A stretch of 63,630 nt of DNA, counting the filler, from Choristocarpus tenellus KU-1152 (lineage: Eukaryota > Protista > Phaeophyceae), in NCBI GenBank assembly GCA_964200185.2. It is 9 parts of 9 records of this genome, joined end to end, with 100 filler letters (N's around TTAATTAATTAA, not from the genome) between each part and the next. Parts side by side here need not be neighbours in the genome. Positions count along the whole stretch, not along the records: positions 1 to 4,020 come from CAXNAD020016637.1; positions 4,121 to 9,350 come from CAXNAD020011419.1; positions 9,451 to 14,402 come from CAXNAD020012405.1; 6 more parts are not named here. One strand, written 5' to 3'. Shown one piece after another: positions 1 through 13,192 of this stretch. The translations under genes and the position numbers were made by a program. Positions within the stretch are counted from its first letter, which is position 1; every line of letters begins with the position of its first letter. The notes beneath the pieces are model-generated. The model worked only from the letters and a program-made list of their open reading frames with translations, was not told where the DNA came from and did not search any database.

Positions 1-2
1 GG

Positions 3-737
3 GGGGGGGGGGGGGGTGGAGGGGGTGGGGGGGGGGGGGCTAGTGGAACTGGTGACCTGGGCATGGCCGATCTCATAGGGGGGTTGTTTGGAGCACCAGC
101 ATTCGACAATCTGCCCAGTATGCGCGGATTTGGGTTTGGGGACAAAGAGGGGGGAGCACGGAGTGGAGCTGGGCCTGGGCCAGGGCCAAGGTCAGGAGCC
201 AAAAGTGGGCCAACAGTGGGAGGAAGGAGGGGACGGCAATCTCGCGCGATAGTGGAAAAGGTTTTCTCCTGCAGCCTCCGTGAGCTGTGTGAGGGTTGTG
301 AGAAGAAGTTGCGAGCAACAGATACCGTGATAGATCCAATGACAGGCCATCCTCGCACTGTCTCTCATGTGTACCGCATCGAGGTCAAGCCTGGGTGGAA
401 GGATGGCACACGGGTGACTTTTCCGCCAACAGCTGAGGGCCTTCGCAGCATCTGCTTTGTTATGCATGAGAAGCCACATAAATACCTGCGACGAGAGGGG
501 GACAGCCTGGTGTACATTTGTGGGATCACCGAGCAACAGGCGCAGCGGGGGGTTAGGATCCGGGTGCCATTACCAAGCAAGGGTGACCCCCCAGTGGACA
601 TATCCACTCGAGGAAGGCATGTGAGGGATGGGGATGAGATGGTGCTGCCGGACCTGGGCATGCCAGTGAAAGGTGGCCCAAAGCGCGGGCCATTCAAGAT
701 ACAGTTCAGGGTGCAGTCAACCAAGGCACATGCATGA
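3..737 (+). CDS. Type II Hsp40 (DNAJB-like) co-chaperone, 3' part: G/F-rich linker plus DnaJ C-terminal peptide-binding domain; J domain lies outside the window
   Basis: Translation shows G/F-rich GGLFGAPAF...GFGFG, then CSLRELCEGCEKKLR, IEVKPGWKDGTRVTF, FVMHEKPHKYLRREGDSL and LGMPVKGGPKRGPFKIQFRV, all typical DnaJ_C motifs. The frame is open upstream of ATG 63 (poly-Gly-ASGTGDLG); stop TGA at 735-737. Confidence 0.9.
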   Translation, partial: GGGGGGGGGGGGASGTGDLGMADLIGGLFGAPAFDNLPSMRGFGFGDKEGGARSGAGPGPGPRSGAKSGPTVGGRRGRQSRAIVEKVFSCSLRELCEGCEKKLRATDTVIDPMTGHPRTVSHVYRIEVKPGWKDGTRVTFPPTAEGLRSICFVMHEKPHKYLRREGDSLVYICGITEQQAQRGVRIRVPLPSKGDPPVDISTRGRHVRDGDEMVLPDLGMPVKGGPKRGPFKIQFRVQSTKAHA

Positions 738-1025
738 GGGAGAAGCACAAGCAAGGATCATATCTAGCTATGTAGAACGGTTTTTCTGTGTAGGGAAAGA
801 CAGTGGGACTGATCGAGTAGAGTAGTGGATGTTGGTAGAAGTGATTTGTGGTAAAACTGTTGTCTGTGGACAATATACGCATAGCTAGTGGTTGGTAAAT
901 GTTGCATCAACTGGCTCGAAGACACTGGAGGGTTCTGTCTCTCCCTTCCTATCACTCTCCATGATTCCTTTCAGCATTGTAAGGTCAACAGTTGTTGTCA
1001 TGGGAAAGCATATGGGCTAGCTTTA

Positions 1026-1027
<2 letters not shown>

Positions 1028-1059
<32 letters not shown>

Positions 1060-1090
1060 AAGTGTGTGTATGTGTGTGTGTTTGTGTTGT
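1028..1090. repeat. (CTG)n followed by (GT)n microsatellite
   Basis: Directly visible tandem repeats downstream of the DnaJ stop. Confidence 0.9.
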
Positions 1091-3957
1091 ATGTGGGCCT
1101 GTGCATGCTTGTGACTGCAGGAATCATCTGCCCACAGTAGGTTGGGGTTCAAGGTATACTACATAAAAGTGCCTTACCATTACAAAACACGAAATGTTGT
1201 AAGTGGTCGATGATAGATGCACTTGGGGGTGGTTAGTGAGGACTCGCTATTCGCCCTATAGGTGTACAAGTAGCTAAGAGGAAAGATATTCTATGGTCTG
1301 GTGAGTCAGGAAGGTGTTCGCTCCTTTGACCGTCTGGCTGTGTTAGACAATTTTTTCAGTGGGGTGATTTTACTGTTCAGTAGTCTTTAATCTCTTCAAT
1401 GCCCTGAGGAAAACAATTGTTGCTCTGGCTGTTTTTTGTGTGTGTGAATGAGTAAGAAGATTTTTCCCTTTTAAGGTGTTGTAGAGTATCATGCAAGTGA
1501 TTTGCTTTCATGTGTGTGTGACAGTGGGAGAAGAGCTGAATTCAGTTTGAGAATGCCTGTGTTGCATTTGAAATTTTGAAGTTTGTTGAATGGTAGGTGT
1601 GAAATCTCAATTGAGACCCTGAGCACGACTTACATAGACCTGAAACCGAGGTCGGTTGAAAGGTGGGATCTCCAGAGACTCTCTGCCAATGCCACTGTGG
1701 AAGTCTTAGTTTTGTGCTAGATTTGCGGCATAGTACTCTTCCCACTGTCAAGCATAGTGCTCCATTGTAGGCCTTGGACGGTGTTGGCAGCTTGAAACTA
1801 CTGTGCTGCATGTATTGACTACTTGTAGCAATAACGTTGGGGATTAGAGATGCGGACCAAACAGCATCCTGCAATGCTTGTTGCTGTGGTGGATGATCTC
1901 AACAACCATGGTCATCAGCCAGTGTTTAAGAATCATGTGTTGCCCGCCTCCTGCATCCACCATGTGACTTTTGTAAATAAGTACGATTTTGCCCCGACAA
2001 CAAGAATGTTACTGTTGGGGATCGAGCAGCAGAATTCAACCAATGGCATGTTTTCTTGTGCTTCTCGTGCTTCCTTTTGCCTTAGGCTTATGTCCATGCA
2101 TTGATCAAATGTTCCTCTCTCTTTTGAGGCACCCCCCACTCTCCTGTGTCCTGTAATGTTTGTGTATGGCTCAAGATCACAACTTGCTAATCGAATACTC
2201 CCCGAAGTTATAGGGATTGTTGTGGATCTTGAGAATGACGTTCAAAGATAATTTAACAAACTTTCTCTGAAGTACAAGATAGACCCGCTCAAATATAGTA
2301 ACGGCGGTAGGCATGTGTAACACACAATTGACGACAATTTGGGAATCAAAATATTTCATTTTTGTTGCATATTTGTTGCAGAGTGAAGGTTAGCATTTTT
2401 AATTGGTTGAGGAACGACTTTTGGGGGAGGGATGGAGATCCGTTCTAATTTACTGCTCTTGTGTTTTAGACGCACAGGCGTAGGGACCACCAAACAAGGT
2501 CCGAGTACTTCAATGGAATCCCAACCTATCAAAGAAAGCCAGACCAAGACCCACCAACGAGTTGGTCCCCATAGTGCAGACTCTGATTGATCCTTGTTCA
2601 ATTACATCATGGACTTGACCATGATGTAGTTCAACCAAGAATCGAGAGATCATCAAGGACATAACATCGTCAACAGAAACACAAAAGTGGAGTTTTTGAC
2701 CTGTGTCAGTGCAATAACTCAATATTATCATTAATACCATTGTGAGAGTAGCCAGATCCTCTGTGCTGGGGGGCAATGACAATCACCACACAGCAGATTA
2801 TGTCAATGTGACTGTGGATGAAAGACAACAAGAAGTGCTTCACGCCACCAGTTTGGTCTGTCCAGTGAAGAGAGAAAAAGAAATTCTGGATTGTCGAGCT
2901 GTACTCATGGAATGTCCTCCAGAATCAGTGATGATCAGTCAGCAAAGCAAAGTTTTTCTGTCGAAAGTGCCAACCTCACAGTACATTCTGTGGATCTAGA
3001 GGCGAGTCTTCTTTTCTGGTCCATGTAGAGTTCGTTGAATTGACTACAAAGTGTCACCCCCACAGACACTGTGGACTCAACCCAACACGAGAGGCAGTTC
3101 ATGTTGGACCGACCCTTTGGGAGAAAAACGTTGCTAGGTTTGAAAACACCCCAGAAGTGAGAGGATCACGCTAATAATCATCAGTCATATTGCCCATATC
3201 AAGGAAATAGAGTTCCCGATCAGTTGTGAGTTCGTGGAAAACACAACTCCTTGGTAACAATCCATCTATCAGGGGTAAATTTTATTGAGATTAATGGGGT
3301 GGACTGCCTATCTACTAATGGTCCCCACAGATCTGAGTGGATGAGACTCGGTATTACACTGAGTGGTGTGGTAAAAGATCAATACCTGGGAGGATGTGGC
3401 AGGAAGAGTGCATGGAGAGGTCGGAAAATTCAACATAATCTCACATACATGCACCAGTTCCAAACATTACTGCCCAAAGTGCCTTTTAGAAGAAAAAGAG
3501 CTCCAGAAAATAAACATTCGCGCTTTAGAGAAACAGGCAGAATCAAACTGTTTAAACTAATGAGCTCATGACAATACCCAGACAAAGGTTTATACTAGGT
3601 GTGGTCTTCAAGGACAACTGGAGTCACTTACAGCTTAGTCTTAGTATGGACAAGGGACTATCTTCTGTAGCTGTGGAGTCTGATAGCAACATATCAAGCT
3701 GGTATTGCATGTGTGTAGAGGTATTCATCACAGAAGCCAGTCCACGTGGAGGGTTTTCAAAAGTAGAGGGGACTCTTTGAGTTGTTTGCATACTTCCAGC
3801 TAGCAGTACAGAATCGTCTTCGGTTGTTATGAGGGTGCAGACTTTCTCCTTTTTTTCAATCGCTTGATCATTGGTTCTTTGAATTGAAGTATCCAACTTA
3901 TGTTTCCCCTTGTGTGCTGCAATCATATCTGCATATTGAAGGATTTCAGCAGGTTTA

Positions 3958-4020
3958 GACCCAAAGTATCTGGGAGGGGGGGGGGGTCTGGACCAGGGTG
4001 GCCATTTGGACCAAAATCAG
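3958..4020 (+). mobile_element. MITE family B, left end truncated by the contig break
   Basis: GACCCAAAGTATCTGGGAGGGGG...CCAGGGTGGCCATTTGGACCAAAATCAG matches the interior of the copies at 19970-20141 and 55008-55168. Confidence 0.75.
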
Positions 4021-4120
4021 NNNNNNNNNNNNNNNNNNNNNNNNNNNNNNNNNNNNNNNNNNNNTTAATTAATTAANNNNNNNNNNNNNNNNNNNNNNNN
4101 NNNNNNNNNNNNNNNNNNNN
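4021..4120. other. Artificial contig-join spacer (N run with TTAATTAATTAA); identical spacers at 9351-9450, 14403-14502, 19870-19969, 51339-51438, 54908-55007, 57986-58085 and 60818-60917
   Basis: Eight 100-nt N blocks, each with the same six-frame-stop linker. Confidence 0.99.
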
Positions 4121-5577
4121 CATCTCTATCCCCATCACCACCACCACCACCACCACCACCTACCTCCACATCTGCGTTTGCCATGGGGAGTTCACACTCC
4201 GAGCGTTACTTCTACCCTTGACCAAGTCCAGATGGAGACCCTTGAGCAGGTAAATATCACCACAGTTAAGAAGGTCCCTGGCAGGTTCCGCACTCCCCAT
4301 GCAATCACCCTCATGCACATATTGGATCTCCTGGTACATGAAGTAACCGCCCCAAGGCCAGAAGGGGGGGCGCCAACAATACGGGCCATTACCATCCAAG
4401 CTCCTCCACATTGTCTCTGGACTCTTTTCGGTCGATAATGGAGAGTTCTTGAGGTAGGAAAGGTTTGCCCGTGTAGCATTAGGGAACATAAGAGTTGGTA
4501 GCATGTCTACTAGAACAATCCCAGACGTCGGGAGGCCCCTGGAGATGATTCCAAATCCTGCCAGGAACGAGCTGCAGCTCAGGGTCACCACCATGGAGGT
4601 ATCTCCAAGTGGGCGAATGTTCTCCTAGCACAACCCAGGGCCCCAGGGATGGAGGAGACTGTCAGGGTGCTAGTCCCCAAGCACCCGAGCGAGAATCCAG
4701 ACAAGCTTAGGCAAGTCAATATGGATACAGGGTACTAGGGGATACAAGGTCTGGGGAACAACGGTACTGCCCCCTTGAGGGGGAGTACACCCCCACCTCC
4801 CTGCAGACAGCGTTCATGAGGGCAAACAGCAATTCTGCACCAGGCTCTGATGGGATGCGCCCCAGCCATATCAGATCAGTCATCAAGACAGATGTTGGTG
4901 ATGAAGAAGTGGCGGAGGCGTTTGCGAAGTTCTGGGAGCTAGTCTACACCTCCCCGGATTCTTTACTTCCAGGTTTTGGATGCTCCACACAAACTCCAGA
5001 TTTCCGCAATTGGAGAGAAGTGTCACCTGGTTGCCTGTGGCTCTTTCTTCAGAAGGGCATGTGCTTCAGCTTTCCGTGCAGACTGATGCTCCTACTTGGA
5101 GGTATATTCAGCGGAATGGGACAATTTGGCATAGCGGTTCCAAACGGGATAGATTGTGCCCTTCTAGACATTCACCTAAGGAATGAGTGTGGCAAATGGG
5201 TCATCAGCCTAGATAGAAAAATTGCCTTCAATAATGTACACCGCTTGACTTTCATCAAGGCTCTCCCTGAGACTCTACCAGGACTCCTACCCTATGTATC
5301 CAAGGTGTATGTGGACACTCATAATCTTCTTTCCCCCTGGAAGAGGAAGGGATGAAGATATTGCCATCGAGACCAGGGGCACAACAAGGGGACTCCCTTG
5401 GCCCCCTCCTATATTGATGGCAACCTCCAAAGCCCTACAGCGGGTTCAGTCTACCTTTGGACCTCAGGGGGAGGAAGCTATCTGGATGACACATCCATTT
5501 CGCCAAGGGAGATCAACCTCAACTAGCTGTTTTCGAGCAGCTAAAAACTGATCTTCATGAGGTAGGCATTGCCCGGA

Positions 5578-5836
5578 GAGCTAAAGTATCTTAGAGGGTA
5601 GAGCTTCGTCCATTCGGGGTCCAAAATCCAATTCGGCGATTTTGATGTAATTTTGGCTATTGTGTTTGTTAGGAAGTGTCAATATCCAAGTTCCCGACAT
5701 ACCTTTTCATAATGTATAAATTTTACCTACTCCGAAACATTTTGGAGTAGGAAAATGCTATAAAAAAAATCATGGGAAGCCAAGCCCCAAATGGACAAAC
5801 AGGGCAAAACTCGTACCCTCTAAGATACTTTCACTC
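5578..5836 (+). mobile_element. MITE family A (about 260 bp, Sola2-like), inserted in the RT
   Basis: Ends GAGCTAAAGTATCTTAGAGGGTA ... TACCCTCTAAGATACTTTCACTC; flanks CGGA/TGGA. Removing the element plus 4 bp restores the RT frame (DLHEVGIARNMDKT). Confidence 0.9.
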
Positions 5837-6980
5837 TGGAACATGGACAAGACCTCTGCCGCACCTACCCGGGGCTACCAGCCCATGCCCTCAGAACTGG
5901 AAGTTCTAGCAAAGCAGGAATCAACCTGGCCCCGAACCCAAATGATTTTGTTATATTGGGCTCCAGTGGGAACAGATGGATTAATCCAAGTCCACATGCC
6001 CTGAGGTGATCAAGAGCTCTGGGTCACGAACATTGTCCACACATCTCAGGGAGATGGAGGATAAACAAGTGGCCTGGCTCCTCAACTCCTGGTCCCACTC
6101 CTCCTGTCAAGGCTATCTGACAAAGGCCACTCCCCCCCACCTGGCACGGTCCACCAGCAAGCAGACAATACCTTACTATAGACGCTAGAGAAGATGATGG
6201 AGGTAGCAGCCTCAGTGGGAGCCACTGAGTTTTTTTGAAAGGGGGTGTGACAGTGGATCTCTCCACCTGGAGACATACCAACAAGTACAGGCACAGATAT
6301 CCACAAGTGGGGGGGAGTTGCACCTATCCTCTATGAAGCATCACCAACATGCAGCTTTCGTAGGATCACTAGTGGGTATTCTCCCCACCCTCCTAGCAAG
6401 GCAACAAGGGCCTCATGGCGAGTCTTTCTCGCAAGCCATCTGTACAAGCCCCACAGTAAGGGCCCTGGGATCGTCCATCAACACCCTCCTCTCTACAGGA
6501 GTCCCTTCAGAAGACTTGGCTGAAATTTTTAGCCAAAGCTGGGTAACCTGGGGGGGACCAACTTCCCCCACACCTACCCCAGAGGTCCACACTCTGGCAG
6601 CCCATGGTGCCAGGATCACAACAAGGACGCAACACTAGATCACCCACCTCCTAAACAGGATCCGCATTGACTCTTTCCAGATGCAATTGGTTGCCTTACC
6701 TGATGAAGTGGAACAAGGGAAGGAAAGTTCCTCGCTAGCACTGGTACGCCACTGAAGCCAATGTGAACAAGGAGCAAATGCTTGGCCCTCAACACAACCC
6801 CTGGAGCCAGCATGCCAAATCCCCCCCAAGGAGTTTAGACTCACCGCCAGCAGACCCCTAGGGAGAGAGGAGACCCTATTGAACACGTGACTGGTGACTG
6901 GGTGCAGGAGGCAAAATATTGATACCTGATATGCATGTACCTTCCCTAGGGCAGGAGGACAGGTTCTCCAACGCACACTG

Positions 6981-7529
6981 ATGGTGAAGCGTCTAAGTCA
7001 ACTTTGCAAAGGAATGGGCATCCCTTGCACTATGGAGGATGGTAGCACATTTACAGTGGAGAGGAATTTCCGCATGGATCTGGTCTTCCATGCTGGGGCA
7101 CTAGTGGACACCAGATCAGCTCGCTACCGGGACAAAGGCCTCCTTCTATATATTAATTTTGTAGAAGTGCAGGCAGTATCTCACCTCCCACACTCATCCA
7201 CAAGCAATGGTGTAACTGCTGCTGCAGCTAAGACGCGAAAGCAAACCCACTACGAGGGCTCTTTTGACCCTCGTGGTATTAGCCTCAACACCTTCGCAGT
7301 GGAGAGTTTTGAGCACCTTGGTAAGCAAGCAGAAAGTTTTCGGTTTGAACTAGCTGTGCACATGATAGGGGGAAGAGGGACAGGAGGCTACAGGAGAAAA
7401 GGGGCCGTCAAATCCCGTCTACGACAAATGGTCTCTGTCACAATGCAAGTAGCCCTATCTATATGTGTCATGCATTTTAAGCTGGAGACACCAGGGAGAC
7501 AGGTAAGGAGGGACTTTTTATATTCTTAG
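6981..7529 (+). pseudogene. Restriction-like endonuclease (RLE) domain of the non-LTR element
   Basis: R-M-D, K-x-x-H-Y and FAVESFxxLG pattern characteristic of RLE-clade LINE C-termini, preceded by a decayed Cys/His knuckle region at about 6890-6980. Confidence 0.7.
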
Positions 7530-9240
7530 GATGCTTCCCTAGCTCTTCACCCCGGGGTGGAGGACTATGCTAGGTTGGAGGCACAGGAAGGCAGTGGTGC
7601 AGCATAGCTGGTAGTAAAATAGTAAATACATTAATGTCTTTCACATTTACGACAACTGTTACTTTTTTAGGGGGTTTCCGACATGTGAATAGTTTCCATT
7701 GGTTTTTCCTTGGATACATCTGGAAAATTTCGGAGGGCATAGTAATAATTACTACAAAACCATAAACATTTCATGAACAGAAATGTATCAGAACAATGTT
7801 CAGGCAGAGAATTGTGGTATTAAATATATAATATTAACCATTATTGTTTGTGAGAACACATCGAATGAAGGACTGATGTTGTCAAATCCATTTCCGCACA
7901 CACACTTCTTGTGATGATGACGTTCACATCAACATCAATCACACAGATGTTATGAGAGTTCTTACACCACTTACTGTTGATGGTCACAATGGTTTGACAT
8001 TAACCGTTGGATCCGAGATTCAACTCAGGTTCATCCAAAGAAATTGATGGTTGTGTGAGGTTTTGGGATCTTGCTCTAAAGCAAACCCCTTGTGACAGCT
8101 GGTGATTTGACCGCCCCCCACAACTGGTTGGACCCTGTCTCATGGCTGTGGTATTCATGTCGACATCCTGAGAGGAAACCACTAGGGAAGAGATCCTTAT
8201 TATGGATATCTCAACCAAAGAAGTAGACAATAAAAAGAAGAAATACAAGAATGAGAAGGGTAAAGGGAACACCACTGTCCCAAGAGAGACAGCATACACT
8301 CTGACCCGGATAACAGGGGGAATCACTGACATTCTATCGACTAGTTGGGTTGACGACACCCAATATGAACCTTGCTTTCGAGCAAGGTGAGTTGTTGAGG
8401 ATTCAACCTAGGCGCAGGTCCCCCCATAGTATGCTACCTCAGTCCACCAACCAGTTCATGGTCCTGGACAAGAGCTGCGATTCCGACGAACAACCTTTGG
8501 TAAGTCCCTCCACCAAGAATGCTACTCAACTTCATACTAAGTACACTCCAAGACCACACCCTGGTGGTTTCAGCACTACAACCTACCTCGAATCTGACCT
8601 CAAGCGATGGACAGATAAGTCCAATGAGTTCTTTGTTTAACTGGTCCGTTGTTATCAACAGTCTATTCTGGCGAAGATTGGCCTCAATAAAATTCTTTGA
8701 GTCGGACAAGGACAGTAGGCAACAAGTAACTGTTCCAGACTCAATATCTGTGTTCTCCCAATACTGTTCCCAGATTTGTTTGTTGGCAATGGTAGAGAAG
8801 TTGGTGCCAGCAAGCGACCATGGAGTCTGTGAGCAAATGTTTGATAATTTGTATCTTCAGCATCTTGTCCACATGCACCCCTAGGGAAATTCCGAGTTGC
8901 AACATCACGTCCACATCTGAACATGACAAAATGATAATGGGCCTAGCTTTCAGAAGAAGAGTGTGGCAGCCATTGCGAAACTTTTTTCGACTCGGTCCTG
9001 TAGATGGAGAGGGCCGACCCAAGCTGACAGAATGTCTGGCCATGTACGTGTTCAACCTTGGTGCAAAACGCTCAATCCCACGAGCCATCCGATCGATCCC
9101 TGCCTAATCCACCCCAAGACTTCAATACTTTGGTAGATGCCACCGTTTTACCAGATGCATCTGGATCAGGTGTGGATTCTGCAGACCGTCCCTACCAAAG
9201 TGTCATGGTCTCCACACTAGCAGTAGAGAACCACTATAGC

Positions 9241-9330
9241 GAGCCAAAGTATCTTAGAGGGTAGAGTCACGTCCATTTTGGGGTCAAAATCCAATGTTCC
9301 GATTTTAATGAAATTTTGACTATTGTGAAT
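9241..9330 (+). mobile_element. MITE family A, left arm only
   Basis: GAGCCAAAGTATCTTAGAGGGTAGAG...GTCCATTTTGGGGTCAAAATCCAATG matches the other copies. Confidence 0.8.
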
Positions 9331-9497
9331 CGTGTGATTCTGTGGCGGCGNNNNNNNNNNNNNNNNNNNNNNNNNNNNNNNNNNNNNNNNNNNNTTAATT
9401 AATTAANNNNNNNNNNNNNNNNNNNNNNNNNNNNNNNNNNNNNNNNNNNNCCCCCAATCCGCCCCCCCCACTTCTGTTTTGTGTGTGTGTGTGCTAG

Positions 9498-12400
9498 GAG
9501 AAGAAGAAGGCTGAGGCGGCGGTGGTTGGAAAGGTTTCTCTTCTAAACTTTTTTAAGGTGACTGATGGCGGGCAAACGCACGAGAAGAAGGTATGGATAT
9601 ATATTTTTTAATTGTATTGACTGCTTTATGCTGTGACTGTAATAATTGTATGAGTCTGGCATTTTGATGTTTTGGAGGGTACATTTTGGTATAGGTATGG
9701 TTGGCAATGTCTGTAGTGAGCTTAGATAATTGTAAATACAAGAAAAAAACTATGGTTATATTACTATTAATAGTGCCATTAATATTCTTATTATTATTTT
9801 TATTCTTATTATAATATCATCTGTACTAATGTAGAATGTTTATTCACTTATTGTACAATCAAGGAGGAGTGAGGTCAAGACCACTTTTGTAAAATTACTA
9901 TTTAAATATTGATACCATAGCCAGGATGTATGTTTAGAGATAGGGGAGGTGCTACACAACAGCATTTATGTGCACACGCCTGAATTCTAATGATAAACTC
10001 TAACCTTAACCCTATTCCAGCGAAGAGGAGCAGAAGGTATCTTGTCAGTTGAAACACCACACCTGATTAGTCCAACCAATTGACAAATTAGTAATATCTC
10101 AACATACATGATCCAAGTACAATTCTGTCTGTATGTAGCAATAGTGACTATGTTGTATGTAGTAGTGGTGTCCATGGAACACAGTAGGGACACAGGCACA
10201 GAGATTAAGATTTGAAGAGAGATAGAAAGATCAGGATGGCCTGTAAGATTACATACAAGTTGAACATGAAACCTTCCTTTCCCCCATTCCCCCTCCACCT
10301 CCCCCTCTAACCAACACAACTGCACATTGCACAGGAAGGAACTGAGACACCGACAATCGCCTTTGCTACCAATAGCAAACCAGGAATACAGGCGGACGGA
10401 CAGTGCACCAGTGCTGGGCAGGAATACAGACTTTTGTATAGCTCAGCAAACATTGCAAATGGTCAGCTACAGGGCCGTGGTAGTCATCAGGGACAGGGGG
10501 GAGTGGCAGTGGGAGGGGGGGGGGGGGGGGGAGGGGGGGGGGGGGGGGGGGGAGGGGGGAGAGTTCGAAGGAGTGAGGGGGGTTTTGATGAGGTACAGGT
10601 GGCGTTATTTGAGAAACGGCTCAGGGACGGAGGGAACCTTGAGGATCTTTTAGCAGAGACAGCTAGAGGTATGTATTGAACATGGTGTGATATCGTTAGG
10701 GTTAGGGCTTCAGATGTACAAATGGTTTGTGAGTTGTGAATATCACTTAGGTTCTTCCTTTTTTAATAAAAATAGAAAAAAATGATTTTATTAAAATTGA
10801 TTTTTCCTGCTGTGGTTGCTAGTATTTTTTATTTTTTTTTCAAAAATGGTTTATTTCGTAATTATTTCAAAAATGTTGGTCATTGTTGTATTGCACTTCA
10901 TACCATCTATGCGTACATATATTCTTGCTGTATTATTATAGTGTGAGCTTGTACTGCTTTTAGTGTTTTGTTTTTATGTTTTTTTTATGTTTTGTGTGAG
11001 GAATGTTCTACACCACAAGAGTAGTGGCATGTGCTTGCTTTTGCTATGCTTGCTTTTGATAGGGACCCTACCTGGCTCTTACTATTTAAAAATAATTTTT
11101 ATTTGCTGCGACCCTAAGAAGTCTTGATAATAATAACAATGATAATATTAATAATAACAATAATAGTATTAATAGTAACAATGATAGTATTAATAATAAT
11201 AACAATGACAATATTATTAATAATAATCGCTTCCCATGGACGGTACATTCCTATTCACACCAACATACAGCACAAGTTGAAGAAGATCAACATCGTGTGC
11301 ATTACATAGCAGGCCAACATCCCTCCCCAAGGTGGTGAAATGTGAAAATATTTCTAGGTGTTGTGTTGTTATTCTGTCGGCAACAAGGAGGCACTGGTTT
11401 TCACACCCCTATGGCGGTATGTCAAGCGTATGTTCACACAACATTCTTGGACCAGAAGCAAAGGAATACCTTTTGTGAAAATGTGAAATCGTATTTTTAG
11501 TGCAGTAGTTGTTGCCTCTCCTCAAGCAGTGTGCATTGCCTTCTTGTAGAAAGCGCTTCTGGACCACCCTATGTGAGACTCTGTGTTGTGCGTGCATTAT
11601 TACAGTGGTAATTGTTTATGTATACATATACATATATAGTGTTTTCATTTGATGTATGATTTTATTTTTTAATACTACGTATTATTTTATTTATTTTAGT
11701 TGATGTATTTATTTCATTATTGATTTTATTTATGATTTCATTCATTTTAGTTGATGTATTTATTTCATTATTGATTTTATTTATGATTTCATTCATTTTA
11801 GTTGATGTATTTATTTCATTATTGATTTTATTTATGATTTCATTCATTTTAGTTGATGTATTATTTCATTATTGATTTTATTTATGATTTCATTCATTTT
11901 AGTTAATGTATTATTTTATTATTGATTTTATGTATTGTTTCATTCATTTTGTTTTGTGTTTTTATTGTTTGAACTGTCCAGTCTGTTTTAATCTCTGACA
12001 GTACCAGCAACATTATCTCTGACAGTATAGTATAGTGGGTGCAATGGCCTATGATTTTTTTGAGGGGAGGAAATTAATATTTTTTAATGCTTTAGTGTCT
12101 TTCAAAACATTGTCCTCTTTTAATTAATAGTTATTCACACGTAAGTAATCTTTTTTTTTTAATTGGGACATTTCAACGCCTTTCGTTGTTATACTTCTCA
12201 AGCAGTACACATTCATTGCCTTCTTTGGACTACCTTCAAGAACTTGTGTATGAGATATCCCTCAGACCAATATGATCAATAACAATAATAGTAGTAATAA
12301 TAATAATAATAAAAAAACATCAATAATGATGATGATGATGGTGGTGGTGATGATGTGCTGTGACCAAGTTTTTGTCATGTGGTGTAGTGACAAGCCGCCA

Positions 12401-13157
12401 TAGATGAGGTTGATGTGGTTCAGGACAAAAGATGGGACTGAGGTATGCTTGAGGTATGCTTGAGGTATGCTGGGTAATGGTTGAGACTCTCAGAGTAGCA
12501 TGTTTATCAATCCTCAGTGAAAGTGTGATTGGCTCTTACCGGTTTTGAGTAAGTAGCATGAGTGGAAAACAAAATCCCCAGTTTTGCTCGTTTGAATTTA
12601 CCATTCATTTCAGGGGTCACTGCAAGCAAGTTAAGTTGTGCGTCTGACACGCACCTCGCCATCTTGACTGGTGTGAATGGCAACAGATGAAATGGGACCT
12701 GTCCCTGACAATAATAACAATAATACTGATAGTATTACTACTAATAATAGATGAAATGGGACCTGTTCCTGAAATAATAACAATAATAACAATAATACTG
12801 ATAGTATTACTACTAATAATAGATGAAATGGGACTTAACCCTGACAATAATAACAATAATACTGATAGTATTACTACTAATAATAGTAATACTACAAATC
12901 ATAATACTAACATTAATAATACTAGACCCTCCCCCCCAAAAAAAAAAAATATTCTCGATGGTGAAATACAATTAATTGTGTAACAGTTCCAGTTAAGAAC
13001 AAGTGCACCTGTAACAACAACAACAACAATAATAATAATAATATTACTAAAAATATGTAGAATTTAATTAATCCCCCAATCTCTTCCTTGCTGCCAGTAA
13101 CGGCAACGCCTCTGTCCCTTTTTGCCTGTCCAAAGTACATCCACATGACAAATACTT

Positions 13158-13192
<35 letters not shown>

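Larger units (their letters stand above)
4160..7790 (+). mobile_element. Decayed non-LTR retrotransposon with C-terminal restriction-like endonuclease (CRE/SLACS-like); frameshifted and interrupted by a MITE
   Basis: RT motifs occur in order across shifted frames: SAPGSDG (about 4834), QFGIAVPNG, ISLDRKIAFNNVHR, AQQGDSLGPLLY (about 5378), SYLDD (about 5477), VGIARN/MDKT across the MITE. The RLE part in ORF 6981-7529 has RMDLV, RKQTHY and FAVESF. An AT-rich tail follows. Confidence 0.85.

Noticed and set aside
4021-4120. Recurrent TTAATTAATTAA palindrome within N runs
   Set aside because: Artificial six-frame-stop linker; neighbouring segments are not genomically adjacent, so no synteny was inferred across it.
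10021-10036. 16-nt AG/GT-bounded microexon
   Set aside because: Inclusion would shift the frame between the flanking phase-0 exons; unsupported without transcripts.
11662-12983. Periodic ORFs and CRISPR-like spacing of repeats
   Set aside because: Units are tandem with near-identical interiors; there are no unique spacers and no cas genes. They are intronic minisatellites.
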